This document shows, one piece after another, positions 26,901-41,776 of a stretch of 64,000 bases of DNA. Where the stretch lies: NCBI RefSeq assembly GCF_009914755.1, contig NC_060926.1. One strand, written 5' to 3'. The stretch is from the human T2T-CHM13v2.0 reference genome, Homo sapiens. A program made the position numbers and the translations under genes. Below the pieces are notes generated by a model. That model was not told the origin of the DNA. It searched no databases and saw nothing but the letters and a program-made list of their open reading frames with translations. Positions within the stretch are counted from its first letter, which is position 1; every line of letters starts with the position of its first letter.

Positions 26901-29900
26901 TCCATTCAAATCCATTCTCCAATGATTCCATTCTCTTCCATTCTATGATGATTCCACTGAATTCCATACGATGGTGATTCCATTTGATTCCATTCGATGA
27001 TTCCATTCTATTCCATTACATGATGAATCCATTCAGGTACAATAGATGATTCCATTCGATGATGATTTTATTCCTGTCCATTAGATAATTCCATTCAATT
27101 CCACTCAATGATGATTCCATTCTATTCAATTCTCTGATGATTCCATTTGGATCCATTGGATGATTCCTTTGGATTCCATTCGATGATGATTCCATTCTAT
27201 TCCATTCAATGATGATTCCATTGGGGTTCATTAGATGATTCCATTACATTCTATTCGTTGATGATTCCATTCTATTCCATTTGATGATGATTCCATTCGT
27301 GTAAATTAGATAATTCCATTCTATTCCATTCGATGATGATTCCATTTGTGTCCATTTGATGATTCCATTCTACTCCATTCAATGATGGTTCCATTCAAGT
27401 CCATTAGATGTTTCTATTCGAGTCCATTCAATGATTGCTTTCAATTCCATTTGCTAATGATTCCATTCGATTCAATTCAATGTTGATTCCATTCAATTTC
27501 ATTCACTGATCCTATTCGATTCCATTTGATGATGATTCCATTGGGGTCCATTAGATGATTCCATTCGATTCCATTCAATGATGATTCCATTCGAGTTCAT
27601 TCGATGATTCCATTCAATTCCATTCTCCAATGATTCCATTCTAATCCATTCAACGATGATTCCACTCGATTCCATACGATGGTGATTCCATTTGATTCCA
27701 TTCAATGATATCATTCTATTCCATTCCATGATCAATCCATTTGGGTACAATAGATGATTCCATTCGATGATGATTCTATTCCTGTCCATTAGATGATTCC
27801 ATTCAATTTCATTCGATGATGATTCCATTCTATTCCATTCAGTGATGATTCCATTCGGGTCCATTAGATGATTCCATTCAAGTCCATTCAATGATTCCAT
27901 TTGATTCCATTCGATGATGATTCCATTTGAGTCCGTTCAATGATTCCATTCAATTCCATTCGAGGATGACTGCAATCGGTACCATTCAATGATTCCATTC
28001 GATTCCATTCGATGATTCCATTTGATTCCATGCGATGATGGTTCCATTCTATTCCATTCCATGATTCCATTAGATTGAATTCAATGATGATTCCATTCGA
28101 GTCCATTCGATGATTCCATTCAATTACCTTTGATGAAGATTCCATTCGAGTCCATTAAATGATTCCATTCGATTCTGTTAATTGATAATTCCATTTGATT
28201 CCATTTGATGATTCTATTCGATTCCATTTGATGATGATTCCATTCAATTTCATTCTATGATTACATTCGATTTCATTCAATAATGATTCCATGTGTGTCC
28301 ATTCGATGATTCCATAAGATTCCATTTGATGATGATTCCGTTCGAGTCCACTCAATTATTCCATTCGTTTCCATTTGATGATGATTCCATTAGATTACAT
28401 TTGATGATTCCATTGGATTCCATTCGTTGATGATTTCATTCAATGCATTCGATGATGATTCCATTCGATTCCCTTCATTGATGATTCCATTGGATTCCAT
28501 TCGATGATGATTTAATTCGACTCCATTCGATGATGATTCCATTTGATTTCATTCGATGATTCCATTCGATTCCATTCAATGATGATTCCATCTGGTTTAA
28601 TTTGATGATTCCATTCGATTCCATTCGATGATGTTTCCATTTGATTTCATTTGATGATTTCATTCGATGATTCCATTCGATCCCATTCAATGATGATTCC
28701 ATCTGGTTTAATTTGATGATTCCATTCGATTACATTCAGTGATGATTCCATTCGATTCCATTTGAGGATGATTTCATTTGATTCCATTGGATGATGATTC
28801 TATTCGACTCCATTCGATGATTCCATTAGAGTCCATTCGATGATTCCATTCAAGTCCATTTGATGATTCCATTGGACTCCATTTGATGATGATTCCATTC
28901 AATGATTCCATTTGATTCTATTCGATGATGATTCCATTCGATTTTGTTCGATGCTGATTCCTTTCAATTCCATTTGATGATTCCATTTGATTTCATTTGA
29001 AGATTCCATTCGAATACATTCGACGATGATTCCATTCGATTCCATTCGATGATTACACTCGATTCCACTTGAAGATGACTCCATTCAATTCCATTTGATG
29101 ATTCCATTTGATTCTACTCGATGATAATTCCATTCAATTCCATTCGATGATGATTGCGTTCAATTACATTCAAAGATTCTATTCGATTCCATTTGATGAT
29201 GATTCCATTCGATTCCATTTGATGATTCCATTTGGTTACATTCGAGAATTCCACTCAATTCCATTCGATGATCATTCCATTCGGGTCCATTCAATGATTC
29301 CATTCCAGTCCATTTGATGATTCCATTCGATTCCATTCGATGATGTTTCCATTCAATTCCATTTGATGATTCCATTCGATTCTATTCTATTATTCCATTC
29401 GAGTCCATTCGATGATCCCATTTGATACCGTTTGATGATAATTCCATTCGAGTCCATTCAATGATGATTCCATTCGATTCCATTGAATTATTCCGTTTGA
29501 TTCCATTTGATGACTCCCTTAGATTCCTTTCGATGATGATTTCATTTGATTCCATTCGATGATGATTCCATTCAGTTCCATTCGATGATGATTCCATTTG
29601 ATTCCATTCGATGATTCCTTTCAATTCCATTCAATGATGATTCCATTTAATTCCATTCGATGATTCCACTCGATTCCATTCGATGATGATTCCATTCGTA
29701 TCCATTCGATGACTCCATTTGATTTCATTCGATGATGATTCCATTTGAGTTCTTTGAATGATTCCATTCAAGTCCATTTGATGATTCCTTTCAATTCCAT
29801 TCAATGATGATTCCATTAGATTCCATTTGATGCTGATTCCATTCAATTCCATTCGATGATGACTCCATTAGGTTCCATTTGATGATGATTCCATTCGGTT

Positions 29901-32900
29901 CCATATGATGATGATTCCATTAGATTCCATTTGATGATTCCATTCTATTCATTGATGATTCCCTTCGATTCCATTCAATGATGATTCCATTTGATTCCAT
30001 TCAATGATGATTCCATTTGGTTCCATTTGATGATGATTCCACTCAGTTCCATACGATGAAGATTCCATTAGATTCCATTTGATGATTCCATTCGATTCCA
30101 TTCGTTGATTATTCCATTTGATTCCATTCGATGATGATCCATTCGATTCCATTCGATGAATATTCCATTCTATTCGATTCGATAATGATTTCATTTGAAT
30201 TCTTTCTATAACTCTATTCGATTCCATTCGATGATGATTCCATTCTATTCCATTCGATGATTCCATTCGAACTCATTTGATGATTCCATTCGAATTCATT
30301 TGATGATGATTCATTCGATTCCATTCGATCATGCTTCCATTCAATTGCATTCAATGATGATTCCATTCGTGTCCATTCGATGATACCGTTTGATTCCATT
30401 CGATGATTCCCTTCAATTACATTCGGTGATGATTCCATTCGATTCCATTCGATGCTGTCTCCATTGGTTCCATTTGATGATGATTCCAGTCGGTTCAATT
30501 CGATGGTGATTCCATTAGATTCCATTCGATGATTCCTTTCGATTCCATTCGTTGATGATTCCATTCGATTCCATTTGATGATGATTCCATTCGATTCCAT
30601 TGGATGATGATTCAATTTGATTTCATTCTATAACTCTATTCGATTCCATTCGATGATTCCATTTTATTCCATTAGATGATTCCATTCGTTTCCATTCAAT
30701 GATTATCCCATTCGATTCCATTCGATGATGACTCCAATCAATTCCAGTCAATGATGATTCCATTCACATCCATTTGATGATTCCATTCGATTCCATTCTA
30801 TGATTATTCCATTCGAGTCCATTCAATGATTCCATTCGATTCCATTCGATGATGATTCCATCCGATGCCATTCGATGACTTCATTCAATTTCATTTGATG
30901 ATGATTCCATTCGATTCCATTCTATGATTCCATCTGATTCCATTCAATGATCATTCCATTTGATTCCATTCGATGATCATTCCATTTGATTCCATTCAGT
31001 GATGATTCCATTCAAGTCCATTTGATGATTCCATTCAAGTCCATTCGATGATTCCATTCTGGTCCATTCAATGATTCCGTTTGATCCAATTCCATGATGA
31101 TTCCATTCTGGTCCATTCAATGATTCCGTTTGATCCCATCCCATGATGATTCCATTCGAGTCCATTCAATGATTGCATTCGATTCCATTCGATGATTTTT
31201 GCATTCGGGTCCATTGGATGTTTCCATTCGATTTCATTCAATGATGATTCCATTTGATAACATTCGATGATTCCATTTCATTCCATTCAATGATGATTCC
31301 ATTTGAGTCCATTCGATGATTCCATTCGATTCCATTTGATGATGATTTCATTCGAATCCATTTGATGATTCCACTTGATTTCATTCGATGACTCCGTTCT
31401 ATCCCATTTGATCATTCCCTTCGATTCCATTTGATGATCATTCCATTCGATTCATTTCGGTGATTCCATTAAATTCTATTCAATGATTATTCCATTTGAC
31501 TCCATTTGATGATTCCATTCCACTCCATTCGATCATGATTCCAATCGAGTCCATTCGATGATTCCATTTGATGCCATTCAATGATGATACCATTCGAGTT
31601 GATTCGATGATTCAACGCGATTTCATTCGATGATGATTACATTCCATTCTATTTGATGATTCCATTCGTTTCCATCTGTTGATGATTCCTTTCGTGTCCA
31701 TTTGATGATTCCATTCAATTCTATTCAATGATGATTCCATTCGGGTCCATTTGATGATTCCATTGGATTTCATTGGATGATGATTCCGTTCGATTCCATT
31801 CGATGATTCCATTTGATTTCGTTCAATGATGCTTCCATTTGAGTCCATTTGATGATTCCATTTGAATCCATTTGATGATTGTTTTAGATTATATTCGATG
31901 ACGATTCCATTCGGGTCCATTCAATGATTCCATTTGATTCCATTCAAAGATGATTCCATTCGGGTCCATTAGGTGATTCCATTTGATTCCATTCAATGAT
32001 GATTCTATTCGAGTCCATTCAATGTTTCCATTTGAGTCCATTCAATGATTCCATTTGAGTCCATTTGATGAACCTATTCGATACCATTCAATGATGTTTC
32101 CGTTCAAGTAAATTCGATGATTCTATTCGAGTCCATTTGATAATTCCATTCAATTCCCTTCCATGATTCCATTCGATTCCATTGGATGATTCCATTCCAG
32201 TGCATTTGATCATTCCGTTCGAGTCCATTCGATGATTCCATTCAATTCCATTTCATGATGATCCCATTCGATTCCATTCTATGATGATTCCATTCGTGTC
32301 CAGTCAATGTTTCCATTTGAATCCCTTCAATGATTCCATTCGATTCATTTGATAATTCCAGTCCATTCCATTCGATGATGATTCCATTCAAGTAGATTCA
32401 TTGATTCCATTGGAGTCCATTCAATAGTTCCATTTGATTCCATTCGATGTTTCCATTCGATTCCACTTGATAATTCCATTTGAGTCCATTTGATCACTCC
32501 GTTCAAGTCCATTTGACGATTCCATTCGATTCCATTTGATGATTATCTCAATCGATTCCATTTGATGATTATCCCAATTAATTCCATTCGATGATGATTC
32601 CATTCATGCCCCTTCGATGATTCCATTTGATTCCTTTCGATGATGATTCCATTTGAGTCCATTCGACTATTCCATTCTATTCCATTTGATGAGGATTCCT
32701 ATCAAGTCCATTCGATCATTCCATTCAAGTCCATTCAGTGATTGCTTTCAATTCCATTCGATGATGATTCCATGTGATTCCATTCGATGATGATTCCATT
32801 ACATACCATTCTATGATTCCATTCAATTCCATTCGATGTTGATTCCATTTGATTCCATTCAATTATTCTATTTGACTCTATTCGATGATGATTCCATTCG

Positions 32901-35900
32901 ATTCCATTCAATGATGCCAGTTGATTACATTTGATGATGATTCTATTCGATTTTATTCAAAGATCGTTCCGTTCAATTCCATTCATTGATGATTCCATTT
33001 GAGTCCATTCGATTATTCCACTCAATTCCTTTCAACAATATTTCCGTTCGAGTCCACTCAATGGTGATTCCATTCGATTCCATTCGATGATTACATTCGT
33101 TTCAATTCAATGATGATTGCATTTGATTCCATTAAATGATTCCCTTTGATTCCATTCAAAGTTGATTCCATTGGAGTCCATTTGATAATTCCATTTGACG
33201 CCAATCCCCAATGATTCCACTCGAGTCCGTTCAATGATTCCATTCAATTCCAGTCGATGATGATTCCATCAGATTCCATTCGATGATGATTCCATACGAG
33301 TCCATTTGATGATGATTCCATACGAGTCCATTCGATGATGATACCATTTGAGTCCATTCGATGATGATTCCATTCGAGTCCATTCGATGATGATTCTATT
33401 AGAGTCCATTCGATGATTGCATTCAAGTACATTCAATGATTCCATTCGATTCCATCTGATGATGATTCCATTTGAGTCCATTCAATGATTCCATTCAATT
33501 CCATTCGATGATGACTGCATTCGGTTCCATTTGATGATGAATAAAACAGATTCCATTTGATGACTCCATTCTATTCCATTCATTGATTATTGCATTTGAT
33601 TCCATTAGATGATGATTCCATTAGATTCCATTCGATGATGATTGCATTTGATTCCATTCGATGATGATTCCATTAGATTCCTTTCGATGATGATTGCATT
33701 TGTTTCCATTTGATGATGATTCCATTTGATACCATTCGATGATGATTCCATTCACTTCCATTCAATGATGATTCCATTCAAGTCCATTCAATGATTCCAT
33801 TCGATTCCATTCAGTGATGATTCCATTCGGATCCACTCGATGATTCCACTCGATTCCATTAGATGACTCTGTTCGATCCCATTAGATGATTCCCTTCGAT
33901 TCCATTCAATGATCATTCCGTTTGAATCAATTTGGTGATACCATTCCATTCCAATCGATGATGAATCCATTCGATTCCATTTGATTATGACTCCATTTGA
34001 TTCCATTCGAGGATGATTCCATTCGCGTCCATACGATGATTCCATTTGATTCCATTCGATGGTGATTCCACTTAAGTCCATTCGATGATTCCATTAGAAT
34101 CCATTCGATGATGATTAGATTCGATGCCATTCGATGATTCCATTCAATTCCATTCAAGGATGATTCCACTTGTGTCCATTCGATGATTCCATTTGATTCC
34201 ATTTGATGATGATTCCATTCATGTCCATTCCATGATTCCATTCAATTCCATTCGATGATGATTCCATACGAATCCTTGCAATGATTCCATTCAATTCCCT
34301 TTGATGATTCCGTTCGATCCCTTTCTATGATTCCATTCGATTCCATTCGGTGATGACTCCGTTTGGTTCCATTTGATGATGATTCCATTCGGTTCCATAC
34401 GATGATGATTCCATTCAATTCCATTAGATGATTCCATTCGATTCCATTCGATGATGATTCCATTCATTCCATTCGATGATGGTTCCATTCGAGTCCAATT
34501 GATGATTCCATTCAATTCAAATCGATGATGATCCCATTTGTGTCCATTCAATGATTCCATTCGATTCCATTTGATGCCACTCAATGATTCCATCTGATTT
34601 CCTTCAATGGTGATTGCATTCGCTTCCATTCATTGATGATTCCATTTGATTCCATTCGATGATGATTCCATTCATATCCATTCGATGATGATTCCATTCT
34701 AGTCCAATCAATCATTCCACTTGAGACTATTTGATGATTCCATTCGATTCAATCCCATTATGATTCAATTCAAGTCCATTCAATGATTATTCCTTTTGAT
34801 TCTATTTGATGATTCAAATCGATTCCATTTGATGATTCACTTCAATTCCTTTTGATGATGATTGCATTCAATTCCATTCGCTGATTCCATTCAATTCCTT
34901 TCTATGATGATTCCATTAGGTTTCTTTTGATGATGATTGCACTCGGTTCCATTGGATGATGATACCATTAGTTTCCATTTGATGGTTCAGTTCGATTCCA
35001 TTCGTGGATGATTTCATTCGATCCTTTCGATGATGATTTCATTTGATTCCATTTGACGACGATTTCATTCGATGGTGATTCCATTCGATTTCATTTGAAG
35101 ATAATTCCATTCGATTTCATTTGATGATTCTATTCCATTCTATTTTATGATTATTCCATTCGATTCCATTGATGATGACTGTCTTAGAATCCATAAAATG
35201 ATTCCATTCATGTCCATTTGATGATTCCATTCGATTCCACTCGACGATGATTCCATTCAATTCTATTCAAAGATTATTCCATTCGAGTCCATTTGATGAT
35301 TCCATTCAATTCCATTCGATGATGATAACATTCAGTTCTATTCGATGATGATTCCCTTCATTTACAATCGATGATTCTATTGGATTCCATTTGATGATGA
35401 TTCATTCTGATTCCATTGGATGATGATTCCATTCGACTGCATTTGATGATGATTCCATTCATTTCCATTCAATGATGTTTCCATTCAATTCCGCTCGATG
35501 ATGATTCCACTAGAGTCCATTTGATGATGATTCCATTCGATTCCAGTCAACGATGATTCCATTCGCGTCCATTCAATGATTCCCTTCGATTCCATTCGAT
35601 GATGATTCCATTCGAATCCATTCAATGATTCCATTCGATTCCATTTGATGATGATTCCATTCGATTCCAGTCAATGATGATTCCATTCGAGTCCATTCAA
35701 TGATTCCATTCGATTCCATTCGATGATGATTCCATTCGAATCCATTCAATGATTCCATTCGATTACATTTGATGATGATTCTATTCGAGTCCATTCGATG
35801 TTTCCATTCGATTCCATTCAATGATGATTCCACTCAACACTTTTCAATGTTTCCATTGGATTCTATTCAATGATGAATCAATTCGAGCCCATTTGATGAT

Positions 35901-38900
35901 TCCATTCAATTCCTTCAATGATGATTCAATTCAATTCCATTCAATTGTGATTCCATTCAATTCCATTCAATGATTCATTCGATTCCATTTGAAGATGAGT
36001 CCGTTCACTTCCATTCGTTGATTCCATTCAATTCCATTCAATGATTCCATTCGATTTCAGTCGTTGATATTTCCATTCGATTCCATTGGATGATTATTCC
36101 ATTCGATTCCATTCGATGATGATTCCATTCGTTCCACTTGATGATGATTCTGTTCAATTCCATTCAAGGATGATTCCATTAGAGTCCATTCGATGATTCC
36201 ATTCAAGTCCATTCAATGATTCCATTGCATTCCATTTGATGCTGATTCCGTTTGAGTCCACTCGATGATTATACCATTTGATTCCATTCAATGAAGATTC
36301 TATTTGATTCCATTCAAGGATGATTCCATTAAAGTGTATTCAATGATTCCATTCGAGTCCATTCGATGATTCCATTCGATTACATTTGATGATGATTCAA
36401 TTCGTGGCCATTTGATGTTACCATTCGATTCCATTCGATGATGACTCCTTTTGATTACATTCATTAATGATTCCATTTGGTTCCATTCAATGATGATTCC
36501 ATTCAAGTCCATTCAATGATTCCATTTGATTCCATTTGATGATGATTCCATTAGAGTCCATTCGATGATTCCATTTGATTCCATTTGATGATGTTTCCAT
36601 TCGAGTCCATTCGATGTTTCTACTGAATTCCATTAGATGATTATTCCATTCAATTCCATTCAATGGTGATTCCATTCAATTCCATTCCATGATTCCATTC
36701 GATTCCATTCAATGATGATTTCATTCGATTCCATACCATGATTCCATTCGATTCCTTTCAATGATGCTTCCCTTTGATTGCATTTGATGATGATTCCATT
36801 TGATTTCATTCAATGATGATTCCATTTGATTCCATTCGATGATGATTCCATTAGAGTCCATTCGATGATGATTCCATTAGAGTCCATTTAATGATGATTC
36901 CATTAGAGTCCATTTGATGATGATTCCATTCGAGTCCATTCGATGATTCCATTCGATTCCATTCGATGATGATTCCGGTTGAGTCCATTTGATGATTCCA
37001 TTTGGTTCGATTCTATGATGATTCCACTCGAGTCCACTCAATGATGATTCCACTCAATTCCATTCGAGGATGATACCACTCGTGTCCATTTGATGATGAT
37101 TCCATTCGATTCCAATCAGTGGTGATTCCATTCATTTCCATTCGTGATTCCCTTCGATTCCATTCGATAATGATTTCATTTGATTCCGTACGATGATTCC
37201 TTTCGATTCCATTTGATGCTTATTCTGTTCAATTCCAATTGATGATTCCATTCGATTCCATTCAATGAATAGATTCAATTCCAGTCTTTGATGTTTCCAT
37301 TCGATTCCATTCGATGATGATTCCACTACATTCCATTCGATGATGATTCCGTTCAATTTCATTTGATGATTCTATTGGATTCCACTCGGCGATGATGCCA
37401 TTCAATTCCATTGGATGATTCCATTTGATTCCACTCGATGATGATCCCATTCGATTTCATTCATTGATTCCATAAAATTCCACTCGATGATGATTCCATT
37501 CGATGCCATTCAATGATTACTGCATTCAATTCCATTTGATGATGATTCCTTTCGAATCCATTCGATGATAATTCCATGTGATTCAATTTGATGATGATTC
37601 AATTTGATTCCATGTGAAGAGGATTCCATTCGATGATGATTCCATTCGATTCCATTCGATGATGATTCCATTCGATTGCATTTGATGATGATTCCATTCG
37701 TGTCCATTCAAATATGCCATTCGATTACATTCCATGACGATTCCATTCGAGTCCATTCAAAGATTCCTTTCGACTCCATTCAACGATGATTCCTTTCGAT
37801 GTTATTCAATGATTCTGTTCGATTTCATTCGATGATGATTCCATTCGACTCCATTTGACGATTCCATTCGAGTCCATATGATTATTCCATTAGATTCCAT
37901 TAGATGATGATTCCATTCGATGCCATTTGATGATTCCATTCTATTCCATTCAATGATGATTCCATTCGAGTCCATTCGATGATGACTGCGTTCAATTCCA
38001 TTCGATGATTCCATTTGATTCCATTCAATGATGATTACAATTCATTCCATTTGATGATTCCATTCGATGATTCCATTTGATTCCATTCGATAATGATTCC
38101 ATTTGAGTCCATTCGGTGATTCGATTTGAACCCATTCTATAATTCCATGTGAGTCCAATCCATGATTCCATTCAAGTCCATTGGATCATTCCATTTGAGT
38201 CCATTCAATGATGATTCCATTCGAGTCCATTCGATGATTCCATTCCATATTTCCATTTGAGTCCATTCGATGATTGCTTTTGATTCCATTCAATTATATT
38301 CCATTTGAGTCCATTCGGTGATTCCATTTGATTCTATTCAATGGTGATTCCATTCGTGTCCATTCGGTGATTCCTTTCGATTTCATTCGATGATGATTCC
38401 TTTTGAGTCCATTAGATGATTCCATTCGATTCCATTTGATGATTATTCCATTTGAGTCCATTCAGTGATTCCATTCGATTCCATTCGATGATGATTCCAT
38501 TCAATTCCATTCAATGATTCCATTCAATTCCATTCGATGATGATTCCATTCAATTCCATTCAATGATTCCATTCTATTCCATTCGATGATGATTTCATTC
38601 GAGTCCATTCAATGATTCTACTCGATTCCATACGATGATGATTCTGTTCGATTCCATTCGATGATTTCATTCTATTCCATTCAATGATGATTCCATTCGA
38701 GTACATTAGATGATTCCAATCGAACCCATTCGATGATGATTCTATTCATGCCCATTAGATGATTCCACATGATTCCATTCGAAGATGATTCCATTCGAGT
38801 CCATTCGATGATTCCATTCGATGATGATTCCATTCGAGAACATTCATTGGTGATTCCATTCAATTCCATTCATTGATTCCATTCAATTCCATTCGACAAT

Positions 38901-41399
38901 GATTCCAATCGATTCCATTCAAAGATTCCACTCAATTGCACTTGAGGATGATTCCCTTGGATTCCGTTCGATGATTCCATTTGATTCCATTCGATGATGA
39001 TTGCCTTCAATTCCATTCGATGATTCCATTCGATTCCATTCGAAGATTCCATTCGATTCCATTCAATGATGATTCCGTTCAATTCCATTTGATGTTTCCA
39101 TTTGATTCTATTCGAGGATTCCATTCGATTCCATTTGATGATGATTCCATTAAAGTCCATTCAATGATTTCATTCGAGTCAATTCAGTGATTCCATTTTA
39201 GTCCATTTGATGATTCCATTCAATGATGATTCCCCTAGATTCCATTTGATGATTCCATTCGAGTCCATTCAATAATTCCATTTGACTCCATTAAATCGTT
39301 ATTCCATCCGATTTAATTCAATGGTTCCATTCGATTCCATTCGATGACAATTCCATTTGATTCCATTCGATGATGTTTCCATTCGATCCCATTCGATGAT
39401 TAGCCATTCAATTCAATTCCATGATGATTCCATTTGATTCAATTCGATCATGTTTCCATTCGATTCCATTTCACGATGATTCCATTCGAGTCCATGCAAT
39501 GATGAGTCCATTCAATTCCGTTCATTGATGATTCCATTCGATATCGTTCGATGCTTCTATTCGATTCCAATCAATGATTCCATCTGATTCTGTGCAATGA
39601 CTCCATTCGATTCCATTCAGTGATGATTTCATTCAATTCCATCCGATGATGATTTCATTTGATTCCATTCGATGATTCCATTCGATTCTATTCGATGATG
39701 ATTCCAGTCAAATCCATTCGATGATTCCACATGATTCCATTCAATGACTCTGTTCAATCCCATTTGATAATTCCCTTCGATTCCATTCGATGTTCATTTC
39801 ATTTGATTCCATTCGGTGATTCCATTTGATTCTGTTCAATGATGATTGCATCCGACTTCATTCGATGATGATTCCATTCGAGTCCATTTGATTATTCCAT
39901 TCGATTCCATTCCATGATGATTGCATTCAAGTCCATTCGATGATTCCATTCGATGCCATTCGATGATTCCATTAGATTCCATTTGATCATGATTCCATTC
40001 AATGCCATTCGATGTTTCCATTTGATTCCATTCAACGATGATTCCATTCGAGTCCATTTGATGATTCTGTTTGATTCCATTCGATGATGATTCCATTCGA
40101 GTCCATTAGATGATGATTCCATTCTAATCCATTTGATGATTCCATTCGATTCCATTTGATTATGACTGCATTCGGTTCCATCTGATGATGATTCCAACGG
40201 ATTCCATTCGATTTCTCCATTTGATTCCATTCGTTTATGATTCCATTCATTTCCATTTGATGATGATTCCATTAGATTCCATTCCATGATTATTCCATTC
40301 GATTCCATTCAATGACGATTCCATTCGATTCCATTCAATGATGGTTCCATTCGATTCCATTTGATGATTCCATTTGTTTACATTTGATGGTGTTTCCATT
40401 CGGGTCCATTCAATGATTAAATTTGATTCCATTCGGTGATGATTCCATTCGAGTACATTCAATGATTCCATTCAAGTCCAGTCGATTATTCCATTTGATT
40501 ACATTCGATTCCATTCGATGATGATTCCACTTGAGTACATTCAATGATTCCATTCAAGTCCATTGGATGATTCCTTGATTCCTTTTGATTCCATTCAATC
40601 ATGATTCCATTTGAGTGCATTCAATTATTCCATTCAATTCTACTCAAAGATAATTCCATTCGAGTCCATTAGAGGATTCCATTTGATTCCATGCAATGAT
40701 GATTCCATCGAGTCCATTTCATGATACCATTTGATACCATTCGATGATGACTGCATTCAGTTCCATTCGATGACGATTCCAACGGACTCCATTCGATGAC
40801 TGCATTCGACTACATTCATTGATGATTCCATTCGATTCCAATCAACTATGGTTCCATTCAATTTTCTTTCGATGATGATTCCATTCATTTCCATTAGATG
40901 ATGATTCCATTCAAATCCATTCCACGATGATTCCTTTTGATTCTATTCGATGATTCAATTTGTGTCCATTTGATGCTGATTCCATTCATGTACATTAGAT
41001 GATTCCATTCATGTCCATTCATGTCCATTCTAGTCCCTTCATAGATTCCATCCAATTCCATTTGATGATGATTCCATTCGAGTCTAATCGATTATTCCAT
41101 TCGATTCCATTTGATGATTCCATTCAAGTCCATTCGATTATACCATTCGAGTCTATTTGATGATTCCATTTGATTCCATTTGATGGTTATTCCATTTGAT
41201 TCCATTCGATGATTCCGTTTGATTCCATTCGATGATTCCCTTCGATTTCTTTCAATGATGATTCCATTCTATTCCATTCGATGAATCCATTCTATTCTAT
41301 TCGATGATGATTCCTTTTGATTACATTCAAAGATGATTCCATTCGATTCCATTTGATGATGACTTGGTTTGGTTCAATTCGATGATGATTCCAACGGAT
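11960..41399 (+). repeat. Human satellite 2 (HSATII) array, diverged, ~29.4 kb
   Basis: Continuous CATTC pentamers arranged as 23/26-bp units (ATTCCATTCGATTCCATTCGATGATG; GAGTCCATTCGATG). CATTC is on the + strand throughout. Frequent TCGA->TTGA/TCAA CpG decay. Confidence 0.97.
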
Positions 41400-41759
41400 A
41401 TTTGCATAGTTGGAGGATTTCTTAAGAAACGGGAATATCCTCATATAAAATCTAGACAGAAGCATTATCAGAAACATCTGTGTGATGTTTGCATTCAAGT
41501 CACAGAGTTGAACATTCCTTTTCATAGAGCAGGTTCGAAACACTGATTTTGTAGTATCTGCAACAGAACATTTGGATCGCTTTGTGGCATATGGTGAAAA
41601 AGGAAATATCTTCCCATAAAAAATAGACAGAAGCATTATCAGAAACTAGTTTGTGATGTGTGTACTCAACTCACAGAGTTGAACCTTTCTTTTGATAGAG
41701 CATTTTAGCAACATCGTTTTTGTAGAATCTGCAAGAGGATATTTGGATACCTTTGAGGA

Positions 41760-41776
41760 TTTCGTTGGAAACGGGA
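41760..41776 (+). promoter_or_regulatory. Isolated intact CENP-B box
   Basis: TTTCGTTGGAAACGGGA matches NTTCGNNNNANNCGGGN. Confidence 0.9.

Noticed and set aside
12123-40471. Many 'MESNGIIEWNR' repeat-protein ORFs on the minus strand
   Set aside because: This is the well-known spurious translation of GAATG satellite, with frequent stops and no gene structure.
11960-41399. CRISPR-like array of short repeats
   Set aside because: Units are contiguous with no unique spacers, there are no cas genes, and the context is primate satellite.
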